64,000 nt of DNA from assembly GCA_002269645.1 (NCBI GenBank), contig NIVC01000040.1:310001-374000 (forward strand). Reading direction: 5' to 3'. The notes below the pieces were generated by a model. That model saw only the letters and a list, made by a program, of their open reading frames with translations. It ran no database searches and had not been told where the DNA came from. This document shows, piece by piece, positions 13,291 through 26,300 of the stretch. How positions within the stretch are numbered: the stretch's first letter is position 1; each line of letters opens with the position of its first letter. Origin of the DNA: Macrostomum lignano. Taxonomy: Eukaryota. Position numbers and translations under genes: made by a program.

Positions 13291-13621
13291 TACGACAGTC
13301 CACAGATATAAACTTACGAAAGCAAATAAACAAGAAAATAAACTTTCTCATTTAAATCTGGAATAGAAATGTCTCGCTGTTTGATAAACAAGTTCAATAT
13401 CAGTTCTTTTAATGCAGCGATTTGAATTCAAACTTTCTTTTATGTCAATTACAGTAACTTACGGTAGGAGACAATTATTGTATCATTATTTACGGCATTC
13501 CATAGACACAAATGACGTCATACTTGAAAAAGGATATGGTGTCATTCTGTACGCTCACAATTTGTCTTGATACTGTAACTTGGGGACATTAAAGTTAAAA
13601 TAGTAAACAGTAAGTTCGAGA

Positions 13622-14172
<551 letters not shown>

Positions 14173-14180
14173 TTGCGTCA

Positions 14181-17100
14181 TCAGCACAGCTGACCACATG
14201 TGTGCCTACTGGCCGCCAGCTCGTCAAACGACAAATCCTCGTCTCCATGGTTACCATCCTTGTTTATATTAAAATCGTTGCCAAGGCGACTGCCATCGTG
14301 AGTCGTGTGCCGCAGTTCCCCACAACCAACAACAGCGACAGCAGCTTCTTGCGCATCAAATTTCGAGCAGACGCCCAGCAACAGAAAGTTGGCCAAGCGA
14401 CCCCGGGTCAGCTGAGACTTTTGAGTACGACAGCCAAGAGTGGCCAGGGAGAAGCACAGGACCAGAGCCAGGATGACAAACAGGGAATGAAATATGGGAT
14501 AAACCTGCAGACTCATCTGCTGCATGGCCTGCGGGTATCAAATGCGACACAATGGGTTCGTGTTAGATTCCTGTCTATCACCTGTTAGATACAGATTCTA
14601 AACTTTTAAATACATATTTTCACCTGTTTGATGCAGATTCTAAAGTGTTAGATACAGATTTTCACCTGTTAGATTCATATTCTTAACTGTTAGATACAGA
14701 TTTTCACCTGTTAGATACAGACTTTCACATTGTTAGATACAGATTCTTAACTGTTAGATACAGAATTTTAAGTGTTAGATACAGATTTTTAACTGTTAGA
14801 TACAGATTCCTAACTGTTAGATACAAATTTTTAACATACTTCAGCAGAGAAACAGTTGGTACTCACGGTCACCATGGCAACGGGCACAACAGCTTCGCCA
14901 AGTGCAGCAGACGCAACCAACGCTGTGGCTCTGCTGCCTGTTGACATTTTTATCAGGGAATGCAAGATCGAACTACAGGCTAGGTATGCTATAAGTATGA
15001 CCATTATCCCAAATCCCAAATTACATGTACATTGATCCCATATCAAATTGCTCCCATACACCCCATCGATCCCATATCCTATCGAACCAATATCCCATCG
15101 ATCCCATATCCTATCGATCCCATATCCTATCGAACCCATATCCCATCGATCCCATATCCTATCGATCCCATATCCCATCGATCCCATATCCTATCGATCC
15201 CATATCCTGTCGATCCCATTTCCCATCGATCCCATATCTCATCGATCCCATATCCCATTGATCCCATATCTCATCGATCCCATATCCCATCGATCCCATA
15301 TCTCATCGATCCCATATCCCATCGATCCCATATCTCATCGATCCCATATCCCATCGATCCCATCGATCGATCCTATATCCATCAACCCATATCACATCCA
15401 TATGATCCCACTCTATGCACGAAATCCCCAGAATCCCACCGACAAACCTGTCAGATGGACGAATTGCTCAGTCACAGCCAGCAGTGCAGGCATGCAATGG
15501 CTAATAAAAAATCCGGTGAGCAGCGTGCTCAAAAACAGCAAAGTCACGCTTCCCCAGCCCGTTGAAAACAGCGCAGCCGCGACAAGGAGACCTGTCTAAA
15601 AAACATGCGCTAATTTAGCTACTGGAATTGTAAGTAGTGTAGTAAGAAAGTTCAACTAATAATTATGACAGCCAAATTGCTCACCAGATCGAAAAATAGA
15701 ACATAGATTGAAGCGACTTTTAAGGTGAGAAAAATTCCGACCAGCCGTCCCAACAGAGTGAAGCCCTGGAAATTCCAGGAAATGTCAGGTAGCTAATCTT
15801 CCTAATTAGGAACTAGAAATTTAAGGCTTCAAGTCGCCTCACGATAAAATGGTTTTATTATTTAAAAAAATACTTTCGCCTAACATGATCCAAAAGACAA
15901 TACAAACTATGCCAATAAAGTTGATTACGCTACATATCGGCTAGCTGATTCAAAGTCAAGACAAACTATTCCAGTAAAGTTTATTACGCTACATATCGGC
16001 TAAGCTGATTCAAAAGTCAAGAAACTATAAGCCAGTAGAGTTGATTACGCTACATATCGGCTAGATGATCCAAAGGCCAATACAGACTATGCCAGTAAAG
16101 TTGATTACGCTACATATCGGCAAGCCATCCGAATTCCAAAGACAAAGGGCCGTATGAATAAAAAAAAGAAATTTTTTTCTTGCAAGAAATCCAAGAATTT
16201 CTTGCGTTTATAAGAATAAAAAACTGCGAGTTTCTTGCAAGATTTTCTCGCTCTCCCCCTTCTCTCTTTTTATCTCTGAGCTTTCTAAGAAACACTCACC
16301 CAGAAAGTGGCGGACAGGTAGGCAGTTTGGGATTTCTCACTAGGCAAGCTGACAGACTCGAGCGAGAACGCATAGATCAGGCTGCCGAAGCTGCCCTGCA
16401 ACAATGAGGAGCACTTTTATATTCTTGATATTAAGCAGGATTGTGACGCCAAATGATTCTAAAAGTGGCGCCGGATGATTCTGAAAGTGGCGCCAGATGA
16501 TTCTAGAAGTGGCGCCAGATCATTCTATAAGTGGCACCAGATGATTCTAAAAGTGGCGCCAGATCATTCTATAAGTGGCGCCAGATGATTATAAAAGTGG
16601 CACCAAATGATTTTAGAAGTGGCGCCAAATGATTCTAAAAGTGGCGCCAAATGATTCTAAAAGTGGCGCCAGATTATTCTAAAAGTGGCGCCAGATCATT
16701 CTAGAAGTGGCGCCAGATGATTCTAAAAGTGGCGCCAGATGATTCTAAAAGTGGCGCCAGATCATTCTAGAAGTGGCGCCAGATGATTCTAAAAGTGGCG
16801 CCAGATGATTCTAAAAGTGGCGCCAGATGATTCTAAAAGTGGCGCCAGATGATTCTAAAAGTGGCGCCAGATCATTCTAGAAGTGGCGCCAGATGATTCT
16901 AAAAGTGGCGCCAGATGATTCTAAAAGTGGCGCCAGATGATTCTAGAAGTGGCGCAAGATGATTCTAGAAGTGGCGCCAGATGATTCTAAAAGTGGCGCC
17001 AGATCATTCTATAAGTGGCGCCAGATGATTATAAAAGTGGCACCAAATGATTTTAGAAGTGGCGCCAAATGATTCTAAAAGTGGCGCCAGATGATTCTAA

Positions 17101-20100
17101 AAGTGGCGCCAGATGATTCTAGAAGTGGCGCCAGATGATTCTAAAATTGGCACCAAATGATTCTAGAAGTGGCGCCAGATGATTCTAGAAGTGGCGCCAG
17201 ATCATTCTAGAAGTGGCGCCAGATGATTCTAAAAGTGGCGCCAGATGATTCTACGCTCTTAAAATCGTGGCTAGATGTTTCAACAGAGAGCTCCAATCCC
17301 CTCTCACAAGAATGCCGTCCAGGACAAAGGCGCTAAACGAAGCGCAGACGAGAACCAAGAAGATCAGGGTGCCTTCGGCCTTGTCGAAGCTCTGCTGCCG
17401 CTGCCGCTGCCGATGCTCAGTCTGATTGGCGTCAGCTATGATAGGAAAAATGGTAGAAAATCAAAATTAGGATTGATAAAAAACAACGGAAATAAGTGTC
17501 AATAGATTCAAGCCACACCTGAGACGGCTCGGTCGTCAGTCTCGACAATGTCGTTCCAGCCTTCCCTGTAGGCCAGCCAGAGTGCCGACATTGCTATGGG
17601 GATCTGAATTTGGCAGAGCAGATATTTATAAAGTAGCTTAGCCATTGATGAATTCGGGGGTCAGGTGACTCCCTTAATGACTTATTTTTATGACCAGAAA
17701 AAAGACAGCATACTACTAACTTAATTACGAGTATTAAGCATATGAATTGGTCAGATGACTTCTCTGATGAAGTTGAAACACCGGAAAGGGGTCAACGACT
17801 CTCGCACCCAAATTTTCATGAGAGCATCCACATTGGGGGGGTCAACTGACTCACCCACCCTACTGACCCCTAAAGCATCCAAAAAGGGGGGTCAACTGAC
17901 TTCCCCAACCTATTGACCCCTAAAGCATCCAAAAAGGGGAGTCAACTGACTCCCCACCCTACTGACCCTTAAAGCATCCGAAAATGGGGGGTCAACTGAC
18001 TCACCCACCCTACTGACCCCCAAGGCATCCAAAAGGGGGGTCAACTGACTCCCCCATCCTACTGAACCCTAAAGAATCCAAAAGGGGTTCAACTGACTCC
18101 CCCATCCTACTGAACCCTAAAGAATTCAAAAGGGGTTCAACTGACTCCCCCATCCTACTGAACCCTAAAGAATCCAAAAGGGGTCAACTGACTCCCCCAT
18201 ACTACTGACCCCCAAGGCATCCAAAAAGGGGGGGTCAACTGACTCCCCCACCATACTGACCCTTAAAGCATCCGAAAAGGGGGGTCAACTGACTCCCCCA
18301 CCCTACTGACCCCTAAGGCATCCAAAAGGGGGGGTCAACTGACTCCCCCACCCTACTGACCCCAAGGCATCCAAAAGGGGGGTCCCATCCCGGAACTCGC
18401 CTGCAGCACAGCGATCAGATAGAATGGCATTCGAACCCCCTCAGCCAGGCTATCGGCGTCCTCAGCCGTACAGTTGCCCCCACCAGCCGGGTCAACCCCA
18501 GCCGCCGTCCTGTCCGACATGAAGGCGCCAACAATTAGCGGCGCTAAAAAGGCGCCAAAACTTTGACAGCAGAACATGGCCTGCAGGAAAGGGGCGGCCT
18601 GGTTCCGATAGATGGCCAGCAGGCGGGCGTTGCACAGGAACTCCAGACAGCCCTCGGCCAGCCCCATCAGGCTGAGCACAGCGGCCAGAGCTGGCAGGGT
18701 TCGACTTTGACCAGCCAATGCGAAACAGATTGGCAGCGCCGTGGCAACAATGGCCAGGATCAGGTTGGCTGGCAACCTGTTGAGTTTGAGTAAATTATTA
18801 CACTAATTGAATAGTTCATATTTTCTATTGAAACTGCAGGTTAGTTAAGAAAAGTACTTTATTATTAACTTTATACGTGTAATGCGCTACTATCTCTACT
18901 GTCAGTAAAGTATCAAGAATAAAGTAAGCATTTGTAATTTCATTTAATATATCAAATTATCGATCGTACATCGTAGACTAGAGAAGACCTGACCGGAAGG
19001 TACTGTAGGATAAATATCCCCTTGTGACTGACTGACTAGAAGTACACTAGTTTCTGTAGGATAAATATCCCCTTGTGACTGACTAGAAGTACACTAGTTT
19101 CTGTAGGATAAATATCCCCTTGTGACTGACTAGAAGTACACTAGTTTCTGTAGGACAAATATCCCCTTGTGACTGACCAGAAGTACACTAGTTTCTGTAG
19201 GATAAATATCCCCTTGTGACTGACCAGAAGTACACTAGTTTCTGTAGGATAAATATCCCCTTGTGACTGACCAGAAGTACACTAGTTTCTGTAGGATAAA
19301 TATCCCCTTGTGACTGACCAGAAGTACACTAGTTTCTGTAGGATAAATATCCCCTTGTGACTGACCAGAAGTACACTAGTTTCTGTAGAATAAATATTCC
19401 CTTGTGACTGACCAGAAGTTACTGTAGGATAAATATCCCATTTTTTGAAGGCCTGCCCGGAAGCAGATGAACATAGTACGCGTTCGTTAAGCAAATGCAC
19501 AGCGCACTAACCTACACAACAGGAAATCAGATTTAGTTGAGACCAACAATGAAAGCGCATAAATCTGATGGTAAATAGTCGATTATGGCCATTATCTAGA
19601 ACACAGTAAAAATGAGTTCATATTTTATATTCCATTACGGGGCTATTAAACTGCTACTTTCGTCTTTCAGCTAATTACCGCTAATTGTCCCGTAAGAGTT
19701 TTACAGCTAGGCTTAATGCCTTAATAGCGCTTGGCAAATTTTATAAGTAAACAGAAAAATATGCTGTGAAGTCAAATTGCGGACAAAGTAGGGACTTCCT
19801 GTACTTTTAAGCATTTCAATAGAAGAATCTTCGATTAAATGAAATGGCATCCCCTTAAATGAAATGGCATCCCCTCAAATGGCATCCCCTCAAATGAAAT
19901 GGCATCCTATCAAAATGAAATGGCATCCTCTCAAAATGAAATGGCATCCTCTCAAAATGAAATGGCATCCCCTCAAATGAAATGGCAGCCCCTCAAATGA
20001 AATGGCATCCCCTCAAATGAAATGGCATCCCACCAAATGAAATGACATCCCCTCAAATGAAATGGCATCCCCTCAAATGAAATGACATCCCCTCAAATGA

Positions 20101-22954
20101 AATGGCATCCCCTCAAATGAAATGGCATCCCCTCAAATGAAATGGCATCCCACCAAATGAAATGACATCCCCTCAAATGAAATGGCATCCCCTCAAATGA
20201 AATGACATCCCCTCAAATGAAATGACATCCTCTCAAATGAAATGGCATCCCCTCAAATGAAATGACATCCCCTCAAATGAAATGACATCCCCTCAAATGA
20301 AATGGCATCCCCTCAAATGAAATGACATCCCCTTAAATGAAATGGCATCCCATCAAACTGAAATGGCATTTTCTCAAATGAAATGGCATCCCCTCAAATG
20401 AAATGGCATCCTCTCAAATGAAATGGGCAGTTCTCTGAAAGGAAATTATTAACCAGTCTACATGGGTCTGAGCAAAAATGTGCAATGTGTTTTAAGCAGG
20501 TACTCGTACATGTACTTCAATAAGTGCTTTCAACAAAATTGAAATTAGTAATTCTTTCACGGGCATCCCGACAGGACGAAAGGCTTTCAGAAAATTGAAT
20601 TTACAAAGCCATAAAAACAGGGGGATTTCAAGCTTTAAGAAAAAGTCTGATCGAACGAGTTCGTGATTCTCGTGATTTACTGCCCATCGTCTCTTCTGCT
20701 GCTGGACCTAATGCTAATATTTTAAGCCGTTTCTGTCTTGATTTTATCTGGCCAGATGCTCATTTCTGAGTCCCATGCATTTCAATTTATTAGTCTCTCA
20801 GTTTATTATCTTCTTCTCAAACTAGGTCTACTCTTGCTACCTCTCATCTCCTCTAATCTCTTCTCCTCTCCTCTCGTCTCCTCCCCGTCTCATCTCATAT
20901 CCTCTCATCTCATCTCCTCCTTTCCTCTCCTCTCCTATCCTCTCCTCTCACTTTTTTTTTCTCCTCTCCTCTCCTTTCGTTGCATCTCCTCTCCTCTCCT
21001 CTCATCTTATCTCGTTACATCTTCTCTTCCTTCTGTGTTTTGTCTCATCTTCTCGTATCTCTCATCTCTAATTTTATCTCCTCTTATATTTTCTCTGCTC
21101 GTACTCTATCTCCACTTCTCTCCTCTTCGTTCCTCAGTCAGTACGCATTAACTGCAGCGGAGCTATATCAAGATATAACCTACGGCCACCAAAGATCCAA
21201 GCAATCCATTGAGGATAGATAAAAATCCTCAGAAACTGCCGCTGAACTCTTATCATATTCCGAATTCGCAAACATTTCAGCAATCCATTTCTGTTGACAA
21301 CTGTTTGCCAAAAGCCGCCAAAATTGGACTTTGAAATTGCACTCCCTCTGTCCCCCCACGAGGCAATTCCTCACTGCACAGAGTCTGGATGCCAGAAACT
21401 AAGTGCTGCAAAGTCAACATCAACTGCCCCAATCCCGCTAGATCAAAATGGAGTTCTGTTTTAAAAATGAACTTTCGACGTTTCTCATTTCTCAAGTTCT
21501 CAACTTTTATGAGACTCAAATCAACTCCAGCATAGAGCAGTATGGAAGCAAGTCCTGCATGCAGATGTAATGATGTGTTTTACAGTCCAATAATAAAGGT
21601 TGTGATACGCTGACTTAATCAGAAGTATTCACTGGCGGCAAAGATCAAAGGGGCAATCCCCCTAAAATTAATGTGAAGCATTGATTGGCGGCAAAGATCA
21701 AAGGCGACAGTTCCCTAATTAATAATCAAAAGCATTCACTGGCGGCAAAGATCAAAGGCGGCAACCCCCCCCCCCATAATCAATAATCAGAGAATTTCAC
21801 TGGCGGCAAAGATCAAAGGCGACAGTCCCCTAATTAATAATCAGAAGCATTCACTGGCGTCAATTAGATCAAAGGCGGCGACCCCCCATAATAAATAATC
21901 AGAGACATTCACTGGCGGCAAAGATCAAAGGCTTGATACACATAACAGGTCATATATAACCTTCATAAGATTACCCACCTGCGATTAAGCAGTCCGGCAG
22001 ATAGTGCTGTAGCCAACACAGCAGCCTCGTGACAGAACAGCACCAAAGGCGCCGCTTCCAGCATCCGTGACTCCTCGGCTTCATCATCTCGCATCAGGCA
22101 AGCCAGCCCGGGCAGAGCCGCCCCAATGCTGGAGTCGGACATGCCGACCAGAACGAACATTAGACAGCAATTGACAGTCTTCATAGAATTCTCTCGAAAC
22201 AATGGCCACCAGAGCACTCCACGCTTTGGTAAGTCATTGGAGACTGCGGCATTGAGAAGTCCTGCAGACTCGAGCAGTGGCTGCTGCATCAGCGGCTTCT
22301 GCTGCTCCTCCTGCTTCTGCTGCCGGGCACTTTGCTCCGCTGAGCTCAACGGCTGTTCAAATAAGCAAAGTTGGGAAATTTTAAAACAAGCGCGAAATTT
22401 GGCGCCACGGCCAGTTGACATGAAATTTTGGCGCCACGGCCAGTTGACATGAAATTTTGGCGCCACGGCCAGTTGACATGAAATTTTGGCGCCACGGCCA
22501 GTTGACATGAAATTTGGCGCCCTGGATGACATGAAATTCGGCGCCCTGGATTTGACATGAAATTTGGCGCCACGGCCATGGCCAGTTGACATGAAATTGG
22601 GTGCCATGGCCAGTTGACATGAAATTGGGTGCCATGGCCAGTTGACATGAAATTGGGTGCCATGGCCAGTTGACATGAAATTTGGCGCCCTGGATTTGAC
22701 ATGAAATTTGGGGCCACGGCCAGTTGACATGAAATTCGGGGCCACGGCCAGTTGACATGAAATTCGGGGCGATGGCCAGCTGACATGAAATTTGGCGCCC
22801 TGGATTTGACATGAAATTCGGGGCCACGGCCAGTTGACATGAAATTCGGGGCCACGGCCAGTTGACATGAAATTCGGGGCGATGGCCAGTTGACATGAAA
22901 TTCGGAAAGTTTCCATGTAAACAGTAGCCCTTTTCTACTCACATCAGAAGCCAT
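14181..22954 (-). CDS. MFSD4: MFSD4-like (SLC60 family) major facilitator superfamily transporter, 564 aa
   Basis: Exons 22954-22943 (MASD), 22352-21979 (KTVNCCLMFVLVGMSDSSIGAALPGL), 18776-18401 (MGLAEGCLEFLCNARLLAIYRNQAAPFLQAMFCCQSFGAFLAPLI), 17603-17519, 17435-17308, 16395-16300 (GSFGSLIYAFS...AYLSATFW), 15765-15685 (GFTLLGRLVGI), 15595-15448, 14937-14867 (ALGEAVVP), 14504-14181. Phases are all consistent, total 1695 nt. Motifs recalled as matching MFSD4A/B; family call not run against a database. Confidence 0.88.
14575..14830. repeat. ~22-bp intronic minisatellite (TGTTAGATACAGATT...)
   Basis: Repeated tgttagatacagatt. Confidence 0.8.
15035..15400. repeat. 16-bp intronic minisatellite (GATCCCATATCCCATC)
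   Basis: Direct periodicity. Confidence 0.9.
15895..16120. repeat. ~58-bp intronic repeat, 4 copies (AAAGTTGATTACGCTACATATCGGCTA...)
   Basis: Four aligned copies. Confidence 0.8.
16445..17253. repeat. 22-bp intronic minisatellite (GTGGCGCCAGATGATTCTAAAA)
   Basis: Direct periodicity. Confidence 0.95.
17830..18386. repeat. ~50-bp intronic minisatellite (GGGGGGTCAACTGACTCCCCCACCCTACTGACCCCTAAAGCATCCAAAAA)
   Basis: About 11 copies, ending about 15 nt from the GC donor. Confidence 0.9.
19000..19440. repeat. 47-bp intronic minisatellite (CTGTAGGATAAATATCCCCTTGTGACTGACCAGAAGTACACTAGTTT)
   Basis: About 9 copies, 47-bp period. Confidence 0.92.
19845..20425. repeat. 20-bp intronic minisatellite (TCAAATGAAATGGCATCCCC)
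   Basis: Direct periodicity. Confidence 0.95.
20835..21130. repeat. CT-rich low-complexity tract
   Basis: ctcct/ctcat repeats. Confidence 0.75.
21625..21932. repeat. ~60-bp intronic repeat, 5-6 copies (CACTGGCGGCAAAGATCAAAGG...)
   Basis: Aligned copies of the core. Confidence 0.85.
22390..22905. repeat. ~28-bp intronic minisatellite (GGCCAGTTGACATGAAATTTTGGCGCCAC)
   Basis: Fills MFSD4-like intron 1. Confidence 0.9.
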
Positions 22955-23377
22955 TTTCTGCAGTCAAATATTTGATGAAAAAGTGAATTGTTTATGCCTG
23001 CGAGTTTCCAAGAAACGCTTGTCTTGCACGCGATCGCCGATCAATCGATTCTAATAAACTTCGAAGCTCTCGAGCTGACAACGCGTTTTGAAAGTCAATT
23101 CGTAGCCTTATGGTTGCAAATGCGAGTTGGCTAATCTAGATGTGGTCGAGTTGGTCGATTTCTACGAATACTGCTTTATGAAACACACTTTCCTGTCTTC
23201 TTCTTTTCGATTGGCTGATAACGGTGGGAAAGAAATATGCTTTCTCGGGAGAGAGTTCTTCTGTAGTTATCCGAGAGGAATGAGTTGAACAAAATCTTTC
23301 CTGCCTTCTTCAGTGTACTGACTTATGTCTATGGTCCAATCGTGTCTTTCACCCCATGGTAAAACCCAATCAAAGAC

Positions 23378-26300
23378 ATATCAGCTATGCTCAGAGACAG
23401 ACATCAGCTATGCTCAGAGACATCAGCTATGCTCAGAGACAGACACCAGCTATGCTCAGAGACATCAGCTATGCTCAGAGACAGACACCAGCTATGCTCA
23501 GAGACATCAGCTATGCTCAGAGACAGACACCAGCTATGCTCTGAGACATCAGCTATGCTCAGAGACAGACATCAGCTATGCTCAGAGACAGACATCAGCT
23601 ATGCTCAGAGACATAAGCTATGCTCAGAGACAGACACCAGCTATGCTCTGAGACATCAGCTATGCTCAGAGACAGACATCAGCTATGCTCAGAGAAAGAC
23701 ATCAGCTATGCTCAGAGACATCAGCTATGCTCAGAGACAGGCATCAGCTATGCTCAGAGACACACATCAGCTATGCTCAGAGACACACATCAGCTATGCT
23801 CAGAGACACACATCAGCTATGCTCAGAGACACACATCAGCTATGCTCAGAGACACACATCAGCTATGCTCACAGACACACATCAGCTATGCTCAGAGACA
23901 TCAGCTATGCTCAGAGACAGACACCAGCTATGCTCAGAGACACACACCAGCTATGCTCAGAGACATCAGCTATGCTTAGAGACACTCACCAGCTATGCTC
24001 AGAGACAGACACTAGCTATGCTCAGAGACAGCATCAGCTACGCTCAGAGACATCAGCTATGCCCAGAGACACCAGCTATGCTCAGAGACACCAGCTATGA
24101 TCAGAGACATCAGCTTTGCTCAGAGACATCAGCTATGCTCAGAGACACCAGCTATGCTCAGAGACATCAGCTATGCTCAGAGACATCAGCTATGCTCAGA
24201 GACATCAGCTATGCTCAGAGACACACATCAGCTATGCTCAGAGACAGACACCAGCTATACTCAGAGACAGACATCAGCTATGCTCAGAGACATCAGCTAT
24301 GCTCAGAGACCGACAGCAGCTATGCTCAGAGACATCAGCTATGCTCAGAGACACACATCAGCTATGCTCAGAGACACACACCAGCTATGCTCAGAGACAT
24401 CAGCTATGCTCAGAGACACACACCAGCTATGCTCAGAGACATCAGCTATGCTTAGAGACACACACCAGCTATGCTCAGAGACACTCACCAGCTATGCTCA
24501 GAGACAGACACTAGCTATGCTCAGAGACAGCCTCAGCTATGCTCAGAGACATCAGCTATGCTCAGAGACAGCATCAGCTATGCTCAGAGACATCAGCTAT
24601 GCTCAGAGACACCAGCTATGCTCAGAGACACCAGCTATGCTCAGAGACATCAGCTTTGCTCAGAGACATCAGCTATGCTCAGAGACATCAGCTTTGCTCA
24701 GAGACAGGCATCAGCTATGCTCAGAGACAGACACCAGCTATGCTCAGAGACAGGCATCAGCTATGCTCAGAGACAGACATCAGCTATGCTCAGAGACATC
24801 AGCTATGCTCAGAGACATCAGCTATGCTCAGAGACAGACATCAGCTATGCTCAGAGACAGACATCAGCTATGCTCATAGACATCAGCTATGCTCAGAGAC
24901 CGACAGCAGCTATGCTCAGAGACATCAGCTATGCTCAGAGACACACAGCAGCTTTGCTCAGAGACATCAGCTATGCTTAGAGACACACACCAGCTATGCT
25001 CAGAGACACTCACAAGCTATGCTCAGAGACAGACACTAGCTATGCTCAGAGACAGCCTCAGCTATGCTCAGAGACATCAGCTATGCTCAGAGACAGCATC
25101 AGCTATGCTCAGAGACATCAGCTATGCTCAGAGACACCAGCTATGCTCAGAGACACCAGCTATGCTCAGAGACATCAGCTTTGCTCAGAGACATCAGCGA
25201 TGCTCAGAGACACACATCAGCTTTGCTCAGAGACAGACACCAGCTATGCTCAGAGACACACATCAGCTATGCTCAGAGACAGGCACTAGCTATGCTCAGA
25301 GACATCAGCTAAGCTCAGAGACAGACACCAGCTATGCTCAGAGACAGACACCAGCTATGCTCAGAGACATCAGCTATGCTCAGAGACAGACACCAGCTAT
25401 GCTCAGAGACACACACCAGCTATGCTCAGAGACATCAGCTATGCTCAGAGACACACACCAGCTATGCTCGGAGACAGACATCAGCTATGCTCAGAGACAT
25501 CAGCGATGCTCAGAGACACACATCAGCTATGCTCAGAGACAGAAACCAGCTATGCTCAGAGACATCAGCTATGCTCAGAGACATCAGCTATGCTCAGAGA
25601 CAGACACCAGCTATGCTCAGAGACATCAGCTATGCTCAGAGAAATCAGCTATGCTCAGAGACATCAGCTATGCTCAGAGACAGACATCAGCTATGCTCAG
25701 AGACATCAGCTATGCTCAGAGACAGACACCAGCTATGCTCAGAGACACACACCAGCTATGCTCAGAGACATCAGCTATGCTTAGAGACACTCACCAGCTA
25801 TGCTCACAGACAGACACTAGCTATGCTCAGAGACAGCCTCAGCTATGCTCAGAGACATCAGCTATGCTCAGAGACACCAGCTATGCTCAGAGACACCAGC
25901 TATGCTCAGAGACATCAGCTTTGCTCAGAGACATCAGCTATGCTCAGAGACACCAGCTATGCTCAGAGACATCAGCTATGCTCAGAGACATCAGCTATGC
26001 TCAGAGACATCAGCTATGTTCAGAGACATCAGCTATGCTCAGAGACACACATCAGCTATGCCCAGAGACAGACACCAGCTATGCTCAGAGACACACATCA
26101 GCTATGCTCAGAGACATCAGCTATGCTCAGAGACATCAGCTATGCTCAGAGACACACAGCAGCAATGCTCAGAGACATCAGCTATGCTTAGAGACACACA
26201 TCAGCTATGCTCAGAGACCGACAGCAGCTATGCTCAGAGACATCAGCTATGCTCAAAGACACACACCAGCTATGCTCAGAGACATCAGCTATGCTTAGAG

